A DNA stretch of 64,000 nt from Eledone cirrhosa (GCA_964016885.1 OZ024760.1:1798001-1862000); one strand, 5' to 3'; shown: positions 26,597 to 42,944, numbered from the stretch's first letter. Numbers and translations: made by a program. Notes: generated from the letters alone by a model not told the origin.

Positions 26597-26652
26597 GCAC
26601 AGATGTTTGTTTCCTTAAAGTTTACCTTCTTTCTGTTGGTATACATTTATTA

Positions 26653-26723
26653 TGCAATTTACACCTGAAGATGTCACCAGCTTCTTATGCAACCTGGTCA
26701 CTGAAATGTGCATAGTATTTGCA
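26653..26723 (+). ncRNA. Hammerhead motif with weakened helix I
   Basis: AC-CTGAAGA-TGTCACCAG...CTGGTCACT-GAAA-TGTGCA-TA-GT. Helix II architecture shared with the 16.5 kb motif. Confidence 0.65.
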
Positions 26724-26872
26724 GAAATAAATAATTACGGAAATTCAACATATTTGGCCTCCTGTGATTTCACTTTATACATTTACTCCGTTCCCGCACC
26801 ACCAACATGATTCAACATCCTAAATTCAACATGATAAACCACCAAATTTAAATGTATATGCACACACACACA

Positions 26873-26926
<54 letters not shown>

Positions 26927-27379
26927 AAGAGAGAGAGTGTGTGGGTGTGAGAGAGCATGTATTAGAGAGAAAGAGAGAATGAGACCGTGTGTTGGAGAGA
27001 GAGAGAGAGAGATGGTGGGAAGGAGATATTAGAGATAAGATCATTTAAAAGGAGGTATAACCAGTAAAAGAAAACATGCAGCAACCTATGTGGTAGATCT
27101 GAAACCAATTTTTTCTACATTTTCCCACCATGACATCTGAGAGATTTGATGCCTCTCTCTGTTCAGGTTTTAAAAAGACAAAATGTAAAATACAGAACAA
27201 TTGCCCCCTATGTTTTAGTATTGAGTACTCTTCTTATCATTCGAACTAAAGGCATTGAATTGGTACAGTCATTTAAGCATTATCATTTGCTCTGCTTCTC
27301 TGAATTCTAAGTTCAAAACCTGAAACTGAGGTCAACTTTGTCTTTCATCCTTTTTTAAAAAAAGTCTAAAGTCTGACTG

Positions 27380-27600
27380 AAGCCTGGAGGCTCTTCAGGC
27401 TGATGCTTTAGCATTAAGCAACTGAGAGTACAAGACACCTCCCTGTACAGGATCCTTGGTCCATTGCAGGGTTAAACCCCCCAGTACCTATTGCTGGTAC
27501 TCATGTTCAGCTGAGTATATTGGGGCAACTGTTTTGCTCAAGAACACACACAACTCAGTCCAGGAATTGAACCCATGATTTTAGGATTGTAAATCCAACA
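27380..27600 (-). mobile_element. Degenerate tRNA-derived SINE
   Basis: Reverse strand shows GGGTTCAATTCC B box, TTCTTGAGCAAAACA CORE-like motif and AACCCTGCAATGGACC central motif. Confidence 0.6.
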
Positions 27601-28048
27601 CAATCATAACATCAAACCAATATAAATAAAGATCTCTTGATCTGATTTATTGATCAGCTCTTTTCTTTGGTCTGGCGTTGTAACTAGCAGATGGTTTCAG
27701 CTACGGAAAGACCAATGAAACATTATTTCCTTGGTCTAATCTGATAACAGGTTCATTTCTTCTGCCAGGTGTTGTAACTAACAGATGGTATCAGCAATGG
27801 AAATACCAATAGAAACATAGATCCCTTGATCCGATCTGTTGATCAGCTCTCTTCTTTGGCCAGGTGTTGCTATCAGCAATGGAAAGACCAATGTGGAAAT
27901 ATTATTTCCTTGATTAATCTCATGACCAGCTCCTTTTCTGTTTTAAACGATAGCATATGTGTGTGTATGTATGTGTGTAGAGTCATATATATATATGTGT
28001 GTGTGTGTGTGTGGGGGGGTTATGTGTGAGTGAGTGTGTGGGTGTATG

Positions 28049-28086
<38 letters not shown>

Positions 28087-28399
28087 AGTGTGTGGGTGTG
28101 TGTGTGTATGTGTGTGTGTGTATGTGTGTGTGAGAGTGGGTGTATGCTAATTTATGAAGAGGCAACAGGTTAACAAAAACCAAATGAGACCATAGATCTT
28201 TGTTATTATTTACCCCTTGTTAATCTCACATAAATTAATACAACACAGGCACACACACATATGTATGTGTGTATATAAATATATATAACTCTACAAACTT
28301 TTGACATTAAGATGTATTAAGCACTTTAATGTTTATATATGACACCGTAAACAAAACCTATTTATATATACATAGATACATACAATAAATCTCTTGATC

Positions 28400-28441
<42 letters not shown>

Positions 28442-28576
28442 GTGTGTGTGTGTGTATAAAATATGTATTGGTTTATACATACATATGATAATACAATATG
28501 ATAAATATATAAATATATATATATATATATGCTTTATTCTCTCTCTCTCTCTCTCTCAATATATATATATATACAT

Positions 28577-28607
<31 letters not shown>

Positions 28608-28739
28608 AGTATACATATGTACGTACATACATACATATATATGTATATATATGTATATACATACATACATATATATGTATATATATGTATATATATATAT
28701 ATATATATATACATACATACATATATATGTATATATATG

Positions 28740-28791
<52 letters not shown>

Positions 28792-29370
28792 ACATGTGTT
28801 GGTTTGTATGATGTTTGGCAAATGCCAAAGCTAAGAGTCTTAATGAGTTACGGCATAATGAGTTACCACATTGGAAAAGAAAAGACACAAACTAATATTG
28901 CTGTGATGTTGATGGTGGTGATGATGGTGGTGGTGATGGTGGTGGTGGTGGTGGTGATGGTGGCGGTGATGTTGATGATGGTGGTGGTGGTGGTGGTGAT
29001 GATGGCGGCGGTGATGATGGTGATGATGTTGATGATGATGGTGGTGGTAGTGGTGATGGTGGTGGTGGTGGTGATGATGATGATGATGGAGGTTAGTGAT
29101 GTTGGTGGTGGTGATGATGGTGGTGGTGGTGGTGGTGGTGGTGATGATGGTGGTGGTGGTGGTGGTGGTGGTGGTGATGGTGGTGATGTCGATGATGATG
29201 GTGATGATGGTGATGATGGTTATGGTGATGGTGATGATGGTGATGATGTTGATGATGATGGTGGTGGTGGTGGTGATGGTGGTGATTGTGGTAATGATGA
29301 TGATGGTGGTGATGATGGAGGTTAGTGATGTTGGTGGTGGTGATGATGGTGGTGGTGGTGGTGGTGGTGG

Positions 29371-29404
<34 letters not shown>

Positions 29405-29424
29405 GGTGGTGGTGGTGATGGAGG

Positions 29425-29455
<31 letters not shown>

Positions 29456-29534
29456 GGTGGTGATGGAGGTGGTGATGATGATGATGGTGGTGATGTTGAT
29501 GATGGTGATGGTGATGGTAGTGATGTGATGATGG

Positions 29535-29570
<36 letters not shown>

Positions 29571-30012
29571 CAGTGGTGGAAGCCATGCTGCTGCTGCTGC
29601 TGCTGTGGCTGATGGTGGTGATGACAGTGATGATGAAGCTGGTGATGATGGTGATGATGATGATGGTGGTGGTGGTAGTGGTGGTGGTGGTGATGATGAT
29701 AGTGATGATGATGATGAGGATGCTGATGATGACATTGGTGGTGGTGGTAGTAGTGGTGGTGGTGGTGTTAGTAGTGGTGGTGGTGGTGGCAATGTTGCTG
29801 ATGATGATTATGTCAGTGATGATGATATCTAAGGTTGATGAAGTTAATGATGGTGATGATGATGTCAATGATGGTGGTAAGGACCAGTCCATTATATGAG
29901 GAGGGGTGTATTGGGTTGTAAAAATATAAAACACTATATTTCATGTAAACCTAACTTTGGAGGAAAGTTTATTTACACTTCACAGACACTGAGGTCAGGA
30001 TCCCATAATTCA

Positions 30013-30048
<36 letters not shown>

Positions 30049-30053
30049 CATAC

Positions 30054-30090
<37 letters not shown>

Positions 30091-30091
30091 C

Positions 30092-30151
<60 letters not shown>

Positions 30152-30370
30152 ATATATATATGTATATATATATATATACATACATGTATATATATATATA
30201 TATACATACATGTGTATATATATATATATATACATACATGTATATATATATATATACATACATGTGTGTATATATATATATATATATATATTCATATATA
30301 TATACCTATCTATCTATCCACCTACCTATATACATATATATATCTATATATATATATATACATACATACA

Positions 30371-30407
<37 letters not shown>

Positions 30408-30466
30408 ATCTATCTATCCACCTACCTATCTATATATATATATCTATATATATATATACATATATG

Positions 30467-30509
<43 letters not shown>

Positions 30510-30550
30510 TCATATATATATACCTATCTATCTATCCACCTACCTACCTA

Positions 30551-30592
<42 letters not shown>

Positions 30593-31855
30593 CATGCGTA
30601 TATATATATCTCTATATATACATACATGCATATATATATATATATATATATATTCATATATATATACCTATCTATCTACCCACCTATCTATATATACATA
30701 TATATATACATATATATATACCTATCTATCTACCCACCTATCTATATATATATATATACATATATATATACATATATATATATACCTATCTATCTATCTA
30801 AGGATTCTATCGTCTACGAAAGTTGATGAATCTAAAGTGAAGTGGAATCCTGAATTGTCAGCAACTCTCAGAAATGAGAGAAAACAGAACACAGGGAAGA
30901 ATTCAAAAGGTCGCAGCTGCAGCGCTAAATCTTATCGCTCTCTAATGCATCCTAGAACTGCACAATTTTGCAAATAGTAAACAGACAGCATTATTGAATA
31001 CAAAAAAAAAAAAAAAAAAAAAAAAAGAAGATATATATAGAGAGAGGATGGTTGTGGTGGCAACAGTGATGATGAAATAGACATGTAATTAACTATCACT
31101 ATGTATGATAAATAAATGAAAGGAATAATAATAATAATAATTGGAAGAAGAATAAGAACATCAATGACGGATACTCCAAAAATAATAATGATAATAATAA
31201 TAATAATAATGATGATAATAATAATGATGATGAAAAAAATGATGAAAAAAAAAATGATGAAAAAAAAAAAGAAAAGTTCAGCCCGGTGGTGATGGATGAA
31301 AAGCAAAGCTCAACCTATGCGCAGGGTCAAAAATTTATCAAATTTAGATTAAAAAGCATTAAAAATAAATAAATTAACTAGAATAATAATATTAATGATG
31401 ATGATAATAATGGTTTCTTTATATAGCTAAGCAGGGCTGACATTAAGCAAACATTAAGAATGACACCAGACAAAACAAGTGTGGGTTTTTGTGTGTAAAA
31501 ATGGTTATAATAAAAACTAAAAAAAAGTAATAAACATTTAAAAAATCCAACAAAAACAAATTCACCAGTGGTGGGGGAGTGGACCTCCAGGGATCACTAA
31601 TGATTTCTTTATCAACCATAAAGGGTTACCCAAAGATTAAGGCCAGTAAAATGAGGGTTTACATGAAAAATGTGTAAATAATCCTATATGTAAATATATC
31701 TGCTTAGTCCAACCCATGCAAGTACTTCTCAAACTGTTACGGTTTGTACCCTTCCAGACCCTCTTTTGGGTTCAGGATATGCAACCTTTGTGCAACCATC
31801 CCACGCTTCCCAGGACATGTTGCAGGCCCATGCAAGTATGGAAAAATAAATTTAA

Positions 31856-32076
31856 CCCTTTAGCATTTAAACCAGCCATATCCAGCCAAAATTCTCTCAC
31901 CTCTTTCTGTTCAAACCTGCTGTAACTGGCCACTCATACTGATGTTAAGGTATTGTTCTCAAAATGAATAATATCAAAATCTCATAGATTCGATATTATG
32001 TGAGATAATTATGTGAGGCAAAGTCTATACTGTAAAGATACAATAGTATATATAGAGTAATGTAAATGATAAAGGG
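31856..32076. mobile_element. piggyBac-like MITE
   Basis: TTAA|CCCTTTAG...TAAAGGG|TTAA. A lone end also at about 37296-37350. Confidence 0.85.
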
Positions 32077-32084
32077 TTAATAAT

Positions 32085-32282
32085 AATAATAATTGTTTCT
32101 ACTTATGGCACAAGGCCAGCAATTACCCAGTGTATTACTGGTACTTTATGTTATCGACCCTGTAAAAGGATGAAAGGCAAAGTTAACCTCAGCAGGATTT
32201 GAACTCAGAACATAAAGGGCCATAACTCTATGCTGCAAAACATGGTGCCTGGTGTTCTACCAATACTGCCAATCCACTGCCA
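32085..32282 (-). mobile_element. SINE family 2
   Basis: Same motifs. Further partial copies at 10060-10170 (+), 27300-27355 (+), 37160-37280 (-) and 49603-49693 (+). Confidence 0.8.
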
Positions 32283-34986
32283 TATAAAACAACAGCTATG
32301 ATAATGAAGAAGAAGAGGTAGAGAAAGCTGTCCATTTTGACAGCAGATCATCTGCAAAGATTGATATTCAACTCAACAGCTATTAAGGGGGCCATTATTT
32401 CTTTCATCTGGACTATATCTCTTCTTCTTCTTCTTCTTCTTCTTCTTCTTCACCTTCACCTTCTTCTTTTACCTTTTTCTTCTTCTTCTACTTCTTTTTC
32501 CTTTTCTTTTTCATTTCTTCTTTTTCTTTTTTCTTCTTTTTCCTTTTTCTTCTTTTTTCTTTTCTTCATCTTTTTCTTCTTTTTCCTGTTTCTCCTTTTT
32601 TATTTTCTTCTTTTTCTTCTACTTTTTTCTTCCTTTTCCTTTTTTCCTTTTCTTTTTCTTTTCTTTTTTTTTCTTCTTTTTCTTCTCCTTTTTTCTTCTT
32701 TTTCCTTTTTCTCTTTTTTCTTTTCTTCATCTTTTTCTTCTTTTTCCTTTTTCTTTTTTTCTTCTTTTCTTCTTTTTTCTTCTTTTTCCTGTTTCTCCTT
32801 TTCTTCTCCCCCCCTCCTCTCCAATAAAAATGGGACTCTTTGCATGTGTCAATGTGTATCTATATTAGTCTGTGTGTATTTGTGAATGTATCTATGTGTC
32901 TGTGTATGCTTGTATGTGTGTGTATGAGTGCACCCTGTGTGTGTGAGTGTATGTTAATATGTGTGTGAGAGTGTGCCAGTATGTCTGTATGTGCCTGTAT
33001 GTGTATATATGTCTGTGTGTGTGTGTGTTTGCCTTGGGTGTATATATGTCTGTGTGAGTGTGTATGTCTGTGTCTACCTGTATGTGTATATATGTCTGTG
33101 TGTGTGTGTGTGTGTGTGTGTTTGCCTTGGGTGTATATATCTGTGTGAGTGTGTATGTCTGTGTCTACCTGTATGTGTATATATGTCTGTGTGAGTGTGT
33201 CTGTCTGTGTGTACCTGTATGTGTATATATGTCTGTGAGTGTGTATGTCTGTGTGTACCTGTATGTGTATAGATGTATGTGTGTGAGTGTGTCTGTCTGT
33301 GTGTGTGTTTGCCTTGTGTGTATATATATATAGATCTTGAGATTGTGTTATGTGTGTGTATGTCTGTGTGTGTGTATGTATATGTGTTTGGCTTGTGTGT
33401 ATATATATATATAGATCTTGAGATTGTGTTATGTGTGTATATGTCTGTGTGTGTGTGTATGTATATGTGTTTTCCTTGTGTGTATATATATATAGATCTT
33501 GAGATTGTGTTATGTGTGTGTGTGTGTATGTGTATACGTGTTTGCCTTGTGTGTATGTATATGTATAGATCTTGAGATTGTGTTATGAGTGTGTATGTCT
33601 CTGTGTGTTTGTCTTGTGTGTATGTATGTGTTTGTCTTGTGTGTGTGTATATGTGTTTGTCTTGTGTGTATGTATATGTGTTTGTCTTGTATGTATGTAT
33701 ATGTGTATGTCTGTGTGTGTGTATGTATGTGTGTATGTGTGTGTGTATGTATGTGTTTGTCTTGTATGTATGTATATGTGTATGTCTGTGTGTATGTATA
33801 TGTTTGTCTTGTGTGTATGTATATGTATTTGCCTTGTATGTATGTATGTGTATGTCTGTGTGTGTGTATGTATATGTGTATGTCTGTGTGTGTGTATGTA
33901 TATGTGTATGTGTGTGTGTGTGTATGTATATGTGTATGTCTGTGTATGTGTATGTATGTGTGTATGTATGTGTGTGTGTATGTATATGTGTTTGTCTTGT
34001 ATGTATGTATATGTGTTTGTCTTGTGTGTATGTATATGTTTGTCTTGTGTGTATGTATGTGTGTTTTTCTTGTATGTATGTATATGTGTTTTTCTTGTAT
34101 GTATGTATATGTGTTTGTCTGTGTGTGTGTAAATGTATATGTGTATGTCTGTGTGTGTATGTATATGTGTATGTCTGTGTGTGTATGTATATGTGTTTGT
34201 CGGTGTGTATGTATATGTGTGTGTATGTCTATGTGTGTGTATGTATATGTGTATGTATATGTGTATGTCTGTGTGTATGTATATGTGTTTGTCTGTGTGT
34301 GTGTATGTATATGTGTGTCTGTATGTGTATGTATATGTGTATGTCTGTGTGTATGTATATGTGTTTGTCTGTGTGTGTGTATGTATATGTGTGTCTGTGT
34401 GTGTATGTATATGTGTATGTATATGTGTGTGTGTATGTGTATGTCTGTGTGTGTGTATGTATATGTGTATGTCTGTGTGTGTGTATGTGTATGTGTATGT
34501 CTGTGTGTGTGTATGTATATGTGTTTGTCTGTGTGTGTGTATGTATATGTGTATGTCGGTGTGTGTGTATGTGTATGTCTGTGTGTGTGTGTGTGTATGT
34601 GTATGTCTGTATGTGTGTATGTATATGTGTATGTCTGTGCGTGTGTATGTGTATGTCTGTGTGTGTGTATGTATATGTGTATGTCTATGTGAGTGTATGT
34701 GTATGTATATGTCTGTGTGTGTGTATGTATAGGTGTATGTCTGTGTGTGTGTATGTATATGTCTGTGTGTGTGTATGTATATGTGTATGTCTGTGTCTGT
34801 GTGTGTGTGTATGTGTATGTCTGTGTGTGTGTATAGTGTGTGTGTATAGTGTGTGTGTAAGTTGATGTGATGAAGATAGACATCTTGAGAAAGTAGCCCC
34901 CCCCCCTCCCACATTAAGAAGGAACAGTTATGTAATTGTAAATGAAAACATGTCTTGAGGAAAAAAATGTCCAAAAGCTTCGGGGT

Positions 34987-35120
34987 TACTACTACTACTA
35001 CTACTACTACTGCTACTACTGCTACTACTACTACTACTACTACTACTACTGCTACTACTACTACTACTACTGCTACTACTGCTACTACTGCTACTACTAC
35101 TATTACTACTGCTACTACTG

Positions 35121-35155
<35 letters not shown>

Positions 35156-35543
35156 GCTACTACTACTACTACTACTGCTACTACTACTACTACTGCTACT
35201 ACTGCTACTACTACTATTACTACTGCTACTACTGCTACTACTACTACTACTACTACTACTGCTACTACTACTACTACTACTACTGCTACTACTACTACTA
35301 CTACTACTGCTACTACTACTATTACTACTGCTACTACTGCTACTACTATTACTACTACTGCTACTACTACTACTACTACTGCTACTACTGCTACTACTAC
35401 TACTACTACTACTACTGCTACTACTACTATTACTACTGCTACTACTACTACTACTGCTACTCCTACTACTACTACTACTACTACTATACTGCTACTACTA
35501 CTACTACTACTACTGCTACTACTACTACTACTGTTACTACTGT

Positions 35544-35574
<31 letters not shown>

Positions 35575-35854
35575 GCTGCTACTACTACTACTGCTACTCC
35601 TACTACTACTACTACTGCTACTACTACTACTACTACTACTGCTACTACTACTACTACTACTGCTACTACTGCTACTACTACTACTACTGCTACTACTGCT
35701 ACTACTACTATTACTACTGCTACTACTGCTACTACTACTACTACTACTACTACTGCTACTACTACTACTGCTACTCCTACTACTACTACTACTACTACTG
35801 CTACTACTACTACTACTACTACTACTACTGCTGCTACTACTACTACTGCTACTC

Positions 35855-35887
<33 letters not shown>

Positions 35888-36424
35888 TACTGCTACTACT
35901 ACTACTACTACTACTGCTACTACTACTACTACTGTTACTACTGTTACTACTACTACTACTACTACTACTACTGCTGCTACTACTACTACTGCTACTACTA
36001 CTATTACTACTGCTACTACTGCTACTACTACTACTACTACTACTACTGCTACTACTACTACTACTACTGCTACTACTGCTACTACTACTACTACTGCTAC
36101 TACTGCTACTACTACTATTACTACTGCTACTACTGCTACTACTACTACTACTACTACTACTGCTACTACTACTACTGCTACTCCTACTACTACTACTACT
36201 ACTACTGCTACTACTACTACTACTACTACTACTGCTACTACTACTACTACTACTGCTACTACTACTACTACTACTATACTGCTACTACTGCTACTACTAC
36301 TACTACTGTTACTACTGTTACTACTACTACTACTACTACTACTACTATACTGCTACTACTACTACTGTTACTACTGTTACTACTACTACTACTACTACTA
36401 CTATTGTTACTATTACTATTCCTG

Positions 36425-36466
<42 letters not shown>

Positions 36467-36687
36467 TACTGCTGCTACTACTACTACTACTGTTACTACT
36501 GTTACTACTACTACCACTACTACTACCACTGTTATTACTACTACTACTACTGCTGCTACTACTACTACTACTACTACTACTGCTACTACTACTACTACTA
36601 CTACTACTGCTACTACTACTACTACTACTGCTACTACTACTACTATACTGCTACTACTGCTACTACTACTACTACTGTTACTACTGT

Positions 36688-36722
<35 letters not shown>

Positions 36723-36799
36723 TACTGCTACTACTACTACTGTTACTACTGTTACTACTACTACTACTACTACTACTATTGTTACTATTACTATTCCTG

Positions 36800-36841
<42 letters not shown>

Positions 36842-36933
36842 TACTGCTGCTACTACTACTACTACTGTTACTACTGTTACTACTACTACTACCACTACTA
36901 CTACCACTGTTATTACTACTACTACTACTGCTG

Positions 36934-36974
<41 letters not shown>

Positions 36975-37101
36975 GCTGCTGCTACTGATACTGCTGCTAC
37001 TACTAATGCTGTTACTACTACTACTACTACTACTAATACTACTGCTACTACTACTTTTACTGTTACTAATACTACTACTGCTACTACTGCTACTACTGCA
37101 G

Positions 37102-37147
<46 letters not shown>

Positions 37148-37148
37148 C
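34987..37148. repeat. 2.1 kb (CTA)n/(CTG) microsatellite
   Basis: Direct inspection. Confidence 0.97.
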
Positions 37149-37349
37149 AATAATAAAAATGGGTTCTGATTTAGGCACAATGCCAACAATTTCTGAGGGA
37201 TGGGAATCTTGATTAAATTAGCTCCAGTGTATTACTGGTACTTTATTTTATTGACCCCGTAAGGATGAAAGGCAAACCTTATGTTAACAACTGGTTTAAC
37301 CCTTTAGCATTTACATTACTCTATATATACTATTGTATTTTCATAGTAA

Positions 37350-37710
37350 TAACTGCATTATTTGTTTTCAGGGACTATGTTGAAAAATAAACCTCATTTA
37401 GTCATTCCATGAGAGTATCTTGGTCATAGGCTCACTATAAAGGAATAATGCTAGAGCTGTGAAATCTTGCATGTATTAATTTAAACTCTTCTTATTAATA
37501 ACTTCATTGTTTCTTTCCAGGGACTATTTTGAAAAATAAATCTCATTTGGTCATTCCATGAAAGTATCTTGGTCATACGCTGACTATGAAGGAGTGATGT
37601 TAGAGCTGTGAAATCTTGCATGTATTAATTTAAACTCTTCTTATTAATAATTGCATTGTTTCTTTCCAGGGACTACGTTGAAAAATAAACATCATTTGGT
37701 CATTCCATGA
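37350..37710. repeat. 149-bp tandem repeat, about 2.4 copies; partial dispersed copy at 61665-61755
   Basis: GGGACTA at 37371, 37520 and 37669. Confidence 0.88.
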
Positions 37711-37799
37711 ACTTTTCAACTGACCCTCATAAATGCAGTGATGTTGATAATGATGATGGTGATAAGGATGAAGGGGGGAAAAAGACAAGTAATAGCTTA

Positions 37800-37916
<117 letters not shown>

Positions 37917-38171
37917 CTATCAACAGCTTATATTTTACACATAGCGGTTTGACAAACTACAATCGATAAAATAAGTAATAAACTTGAATAAATACAAGTG
38001 CTCTAGACCGAGGTGTAACAAGGGAAAATAGCTTCTATGGCAAACATTGAAATTGCGCCCTTGCCCATGCAGTAAGCTATATAGTAGTTGTTAGACAATA
38101 GGATTGACAGTGCAGTTTAAATAAATGAGGGTTTAGAGTGTTAAACCGCATTTTCATTTATTCTACGAGGT

Positions 38172-38277
38172 CGGTGTTATGAAGGGCATCCAGCTGTAGA
38201 AATCAAGCCAGAATCAGTTCCCGTCCCACCCTTGCAAGTAGGGAAAAGCGGACGTAAATGAAATGAATGAATGAATG
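38172..38277 (+). mobile_element. SINE family 1 3' fragment
   Basis: GAAGGGCATCCAGCTGTAG...GGACGTAAATGAAATGA. Confidence 0.8.
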
Positions 38278-38499
38278 TATCCTTTACGCTTAAGTATATG
38301 TAAAGTATTGGCAATAGTGTTAGGGTATTTAAAGAGAGTGATCTGTGTAATACTGATCTTTGACAAATATTAAAACCTTATTAAAATATTTGACAAGTCA
38401 TACTATAAGGTATGCCTCTGTGGTCATGTTGTTCCCAGCATAGAGCTCACAACCTTACTTCACATCTGTCACAATTCTTGTGACCAGGAAGACCAGAAA

Positions 38500-39299
<800 letters not shown>

Positions 39300-39310
39300 T
39301 TATTTTAGAA

Positions 39311-39530
39311 GTGTAGGTGTAGGCACCACGGAAAAAAGCACCCAGCACTCACTGTAAATGAGGTTGGTGTTAGGAAGGGCATCCAGCTGTAGAAATCAAG
39401 CCAGAATCAGTTCCTGTATGAGCAAGACAAGGTCAGCCGACCGGACACTGCCCACAACAGGACAACCCGTCTAACCCATGCTAGCGTGGAAGAACGGACG
39501 TAAAACGGTGATGATGATGATGATAATGAT
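39311..39530 (+). mobile_element. RTE family A 3' UTR fragment
   Basis: Near-identical to 52060-52258. Confidence 0.88.
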
Positions 39531-39855
39531 GAAGGTTTGTAGATAAATATAAACTCTTAGTTTATGCCACACCCAAGGCCACTTCAGGCTGATCTAGGGC
39601 TAATTACCAAACAATTCAATAACGAAACAACTCCATGGAAAAGGCGAGGGCTACCTCAAACCCAATCTAGGCTGATATAGGATTAAACAACAACAATAGC
39701 TCTGAAATCAACAAGAAAGGCTAGTATTACCCCAAACCCACCCCAGACTGACAGGGCTAAACAACAACAAAAATAACAACAGCAGCAACATCAGCTCTCA
39801 AATCAATGAGTAAAGTTAGTGCCAACCCCAAGCAAACGCCAGGCCGACACTGGCC

Positions 39856-39951
<96 letters not shown>

Positions 39952-40459
39952 GCAGCAGCAACAACAACAACAACAACAACAACAAGTAAATCAATGAAGA
40001 GGAAATTTTATATTTTGTTTTTAGAAATCTAGTGAAAGTTTTCTCTTCATCATTTTGACAGTTTATTCAGCTGTCACAAGTACTCAACATTAATCAATAT
40101 ATATATATGTGTGTATATGTATATATGTATATATATGTGTGTGTGTATATATATGTGTGTATGTGTATATATATATATATTAATATTTGTGAGTATGTAT
40201 ACATATATGTATACTCACACACACACACATATATATATATTTATACACACATACATATATACACATACACTCATCTATATATATTTATTCACACAACATA
40301 TATATATCTACACACACACACACACATATATATGTATACACACATATATATATATACACACAACATATATATATCTACACACACACACATATATATGTAT
40401 ACACACACATATATATATATACACACAACACATACATATATATACACACACACACACTC

Positions 40460-40516
<57 letters not shown>

Positions 40517-40769
40517 CAATCCAAATTCTTAACATAGACTTTTCTAAAATAATGGTGGTGGTGTAATGGTGGTGGTGTAATGGTAAAGAGATGGAAAAAA
40601 ACTTGAAAAAATGTTCTTTGTTTACATATACATTATTGAAAGATGAGACTTGAAAGGGAAAACAAAACATTTATATAACAAAACAAAGTATATTAAAAAA
40701 AATATAAATATAATAAAGTGTATATATATATACACACATATATATATATATATATTACTCTCTCTGTAT

Positions 40770-41537
40770 CTCTCACCTTCTTTTTACCCCTCTGCCAGTC
40801 ACACTCTCTCTCAGCTGGCCTCTTCCTCACACTTCCACTCACTCACTCTCTGCTTCTCCCCCTCTCTCACTTCCTCCCGTTTGACCTGTGTGAAATCCTT
40901 TTCTCGCTCACGTCTCACCCAAGTTGGATGGTCTGTATCTCTCGTCCATGAATTCACCAAACTTAAGCTTACAGATATCATGTGCTTGTCTCTTCCTATC
41001 TTTCCGTTGCCATACCATCTTTGTTTGTTTACATGTCTCGCTCGTTTCACCCTATTTCACTTGTCCCAATAATTTTATTTGTTATTGCTCGCGCCAACCA
41101 GAGGTATATGATTTTTAAGCGATGAAATACCAATGAAAGTTGGAAGATCACTGATGAAGGACTAATTTTATTCATATGTAACCCATGTGCAACCACGCAG
41201 CATTCCATTTTTCTCATATTTATATTTTTTCCTCAACTGCAATTGTCAGTTTCTTTCTTACTCTCTCTCCTCTTTTTACCCCCTCTGCCAGTCACACTCT
41301 CTCTCTGCTGGTCTCTTCCTCACACTTCCACTCACTCACTCTCTGCTTCTCCCCCTCTTTCACTTCCTCCCGTTTGACCTGTGTGAAATCCTCTTCTCGC
41401 TCACATCTAACCCAAGTCGGATGGTCTGTATCTCTCGTCCATGAATTCACCAAGCTTAAGCTTACAGATATCATGTGCTTGTCTCTTCCTATCTTTCCGT
41501 TGCCATACCATCGTTGTTTGTTTACATGCCTCGCTCG
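40770..41537. repeat. About 270-bp direct duplication (40770-41045 and 41260-41537)
   Basis: Near-identical blocks. The spacer holds a lone CTGATGAAGGAC at 41151. Confidence 0.88.
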
Positions 41538-41916
41538 GAAAAGAATCACTGCTTTCACCGTTAACGGGTTTTTATATAATTTGTATATATATATACAATC
41601 CTTATTGAGCCCTCTTTGGATTTTAGTCTTCACATTTATTATTACTACTACTACTACTACTATCATTATTACTATATATATATATACATATATAATATAA
41701 TATGTATGTGCACATATATACATATATGCATATATGGAGAGACATTAAAAAAAAAACAAATAAAACCAACAAAAAACAAAACAGGAAAACAACAACCACA
41801 ATTTCAAACTCAGCAAACCACTAAGAAGTTATCCTATTTATATTTTCACACTAATGATAATGAGAGAGAGGGAGAGAGAGAGAGAGAGGAATATATATAT
41901 ATATACACACATACAC

Positions 41917-41959
<43 letters not shown>

Positions 41960-42289
41960 CACACACACACACACATATATATATATACACACACACACAT
42001 ATATATATATACATACACACATATATATACATAATATATAAATATATATTTTTTTATTTTTCCTTTTTTTATTTTTTTATTTTTCCTCTCTCCCTCACAT
42101 ATCACCTTCTTCCAACAGTTTAATTTAAATAAACTGTTATCTTTTCAACCTTTCGGACACTCATTTGCATACTCACTCATAACTTTATATCACCCTCAAA
42201 ATGTACTATCTCCACTATTCAGGAAGCTCCAACCGTTAAGGTTGTCTTTTTTTCCGGGTATGTCAATATTTATTTATAAACCAAATCTG

Positions 42290-42355
42290 TATTTTATCTG
42301 ATGAAAGCGCACCATAATTTGCCTTGGTTGCCCTTGAAATATGTATAATAAAATA
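42290..42355 (+). ncRNA. Minimal type I hammerhead ribozyme
   Basis: TATTTTAT-CTGATGA-AAGCGCACC...GGTTGCCCTT-GAAA-TATGTA-TA-ATAAAATA. Same helix I as the 53.4 and 54.0 kb motifs. Confidence 0.8.
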
Positions 42356-42486
42356 AATATGGTTTTATAAATATAGTTTCCATTTATTAATATATTGTGT
42401 ATTTACTCCACTAATCTGTTGAGTGCTTTATATCAGTTATAAAAATTTTTAAGCTTGTTGAATCCCAACAAATTAAATATAACCTC

Positions 42487-42536
<50 letters not shown>

Positions 42537-42574
42537 ATTCACAGGAATCAAAGTTATGTTCAAACCATTTATTA

Positions 42575-42619
42575 GCTTACAATTGTTTCATCCAAACCGA
42601 GGCTTGGAGTCTTCGGAGC
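42575..42619 (-). ncRNA. Hammerhead-like motif (CCGAAGA core), left arm of an inverted repeat
   Basis: GCT-CCGAAGA-CTCCAAGC(CTCG)GTTTGGAT-GAAA-CAATTG-TA-AGC. Confidence 0.6.
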
Positions 42620-42899
42620 ATTTTTCAAAGTTTGTTTACATACATGACCTCCTTTCCAACGCAAGAGACATACGGATACATATGTATATATTGCATTATC
42701 TACGTTAACTGCCGATGTTGTATTGTAATTTTAATTTTGCTTTGATTCTGTTTTAATATGATTTTAATTTTTGAATTTAAATTGCCATTCAGAAATAATA
42801 TAATATATGTCACTCCACTGTGCATCAATATATACATATGCTTCTGTATGTCTCTTGCGTTGGAAAGGAGGTCATGTATGTAAACAAACATTGAAAAAT

Positions 42900-42944
42900 G
42901 CTCCGAAGACTCCAAGCCTCGGTTTGGATGAAACAATTGTAAGC
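42900..42944 (+). ncRNA. Hammerhead-like motif (CCGAAGA core), right arm of the inverted repeat
   Basis: Exact reverse complement of 42575-42619. Confidence 0.6.

Noticed and set aside
30800-30977. Unique-looking island as an exon or LINE piece
   Set aside because: No convincing motif or splice pair in the frames I checked.
34942-37212. Poly-Y/T/L ORFs
   Set aside because: (CTA)n microsatellite.
39806-39997. PolyQ ORF
   Set aside because: (CAA)n microsatellite with no supporting context.
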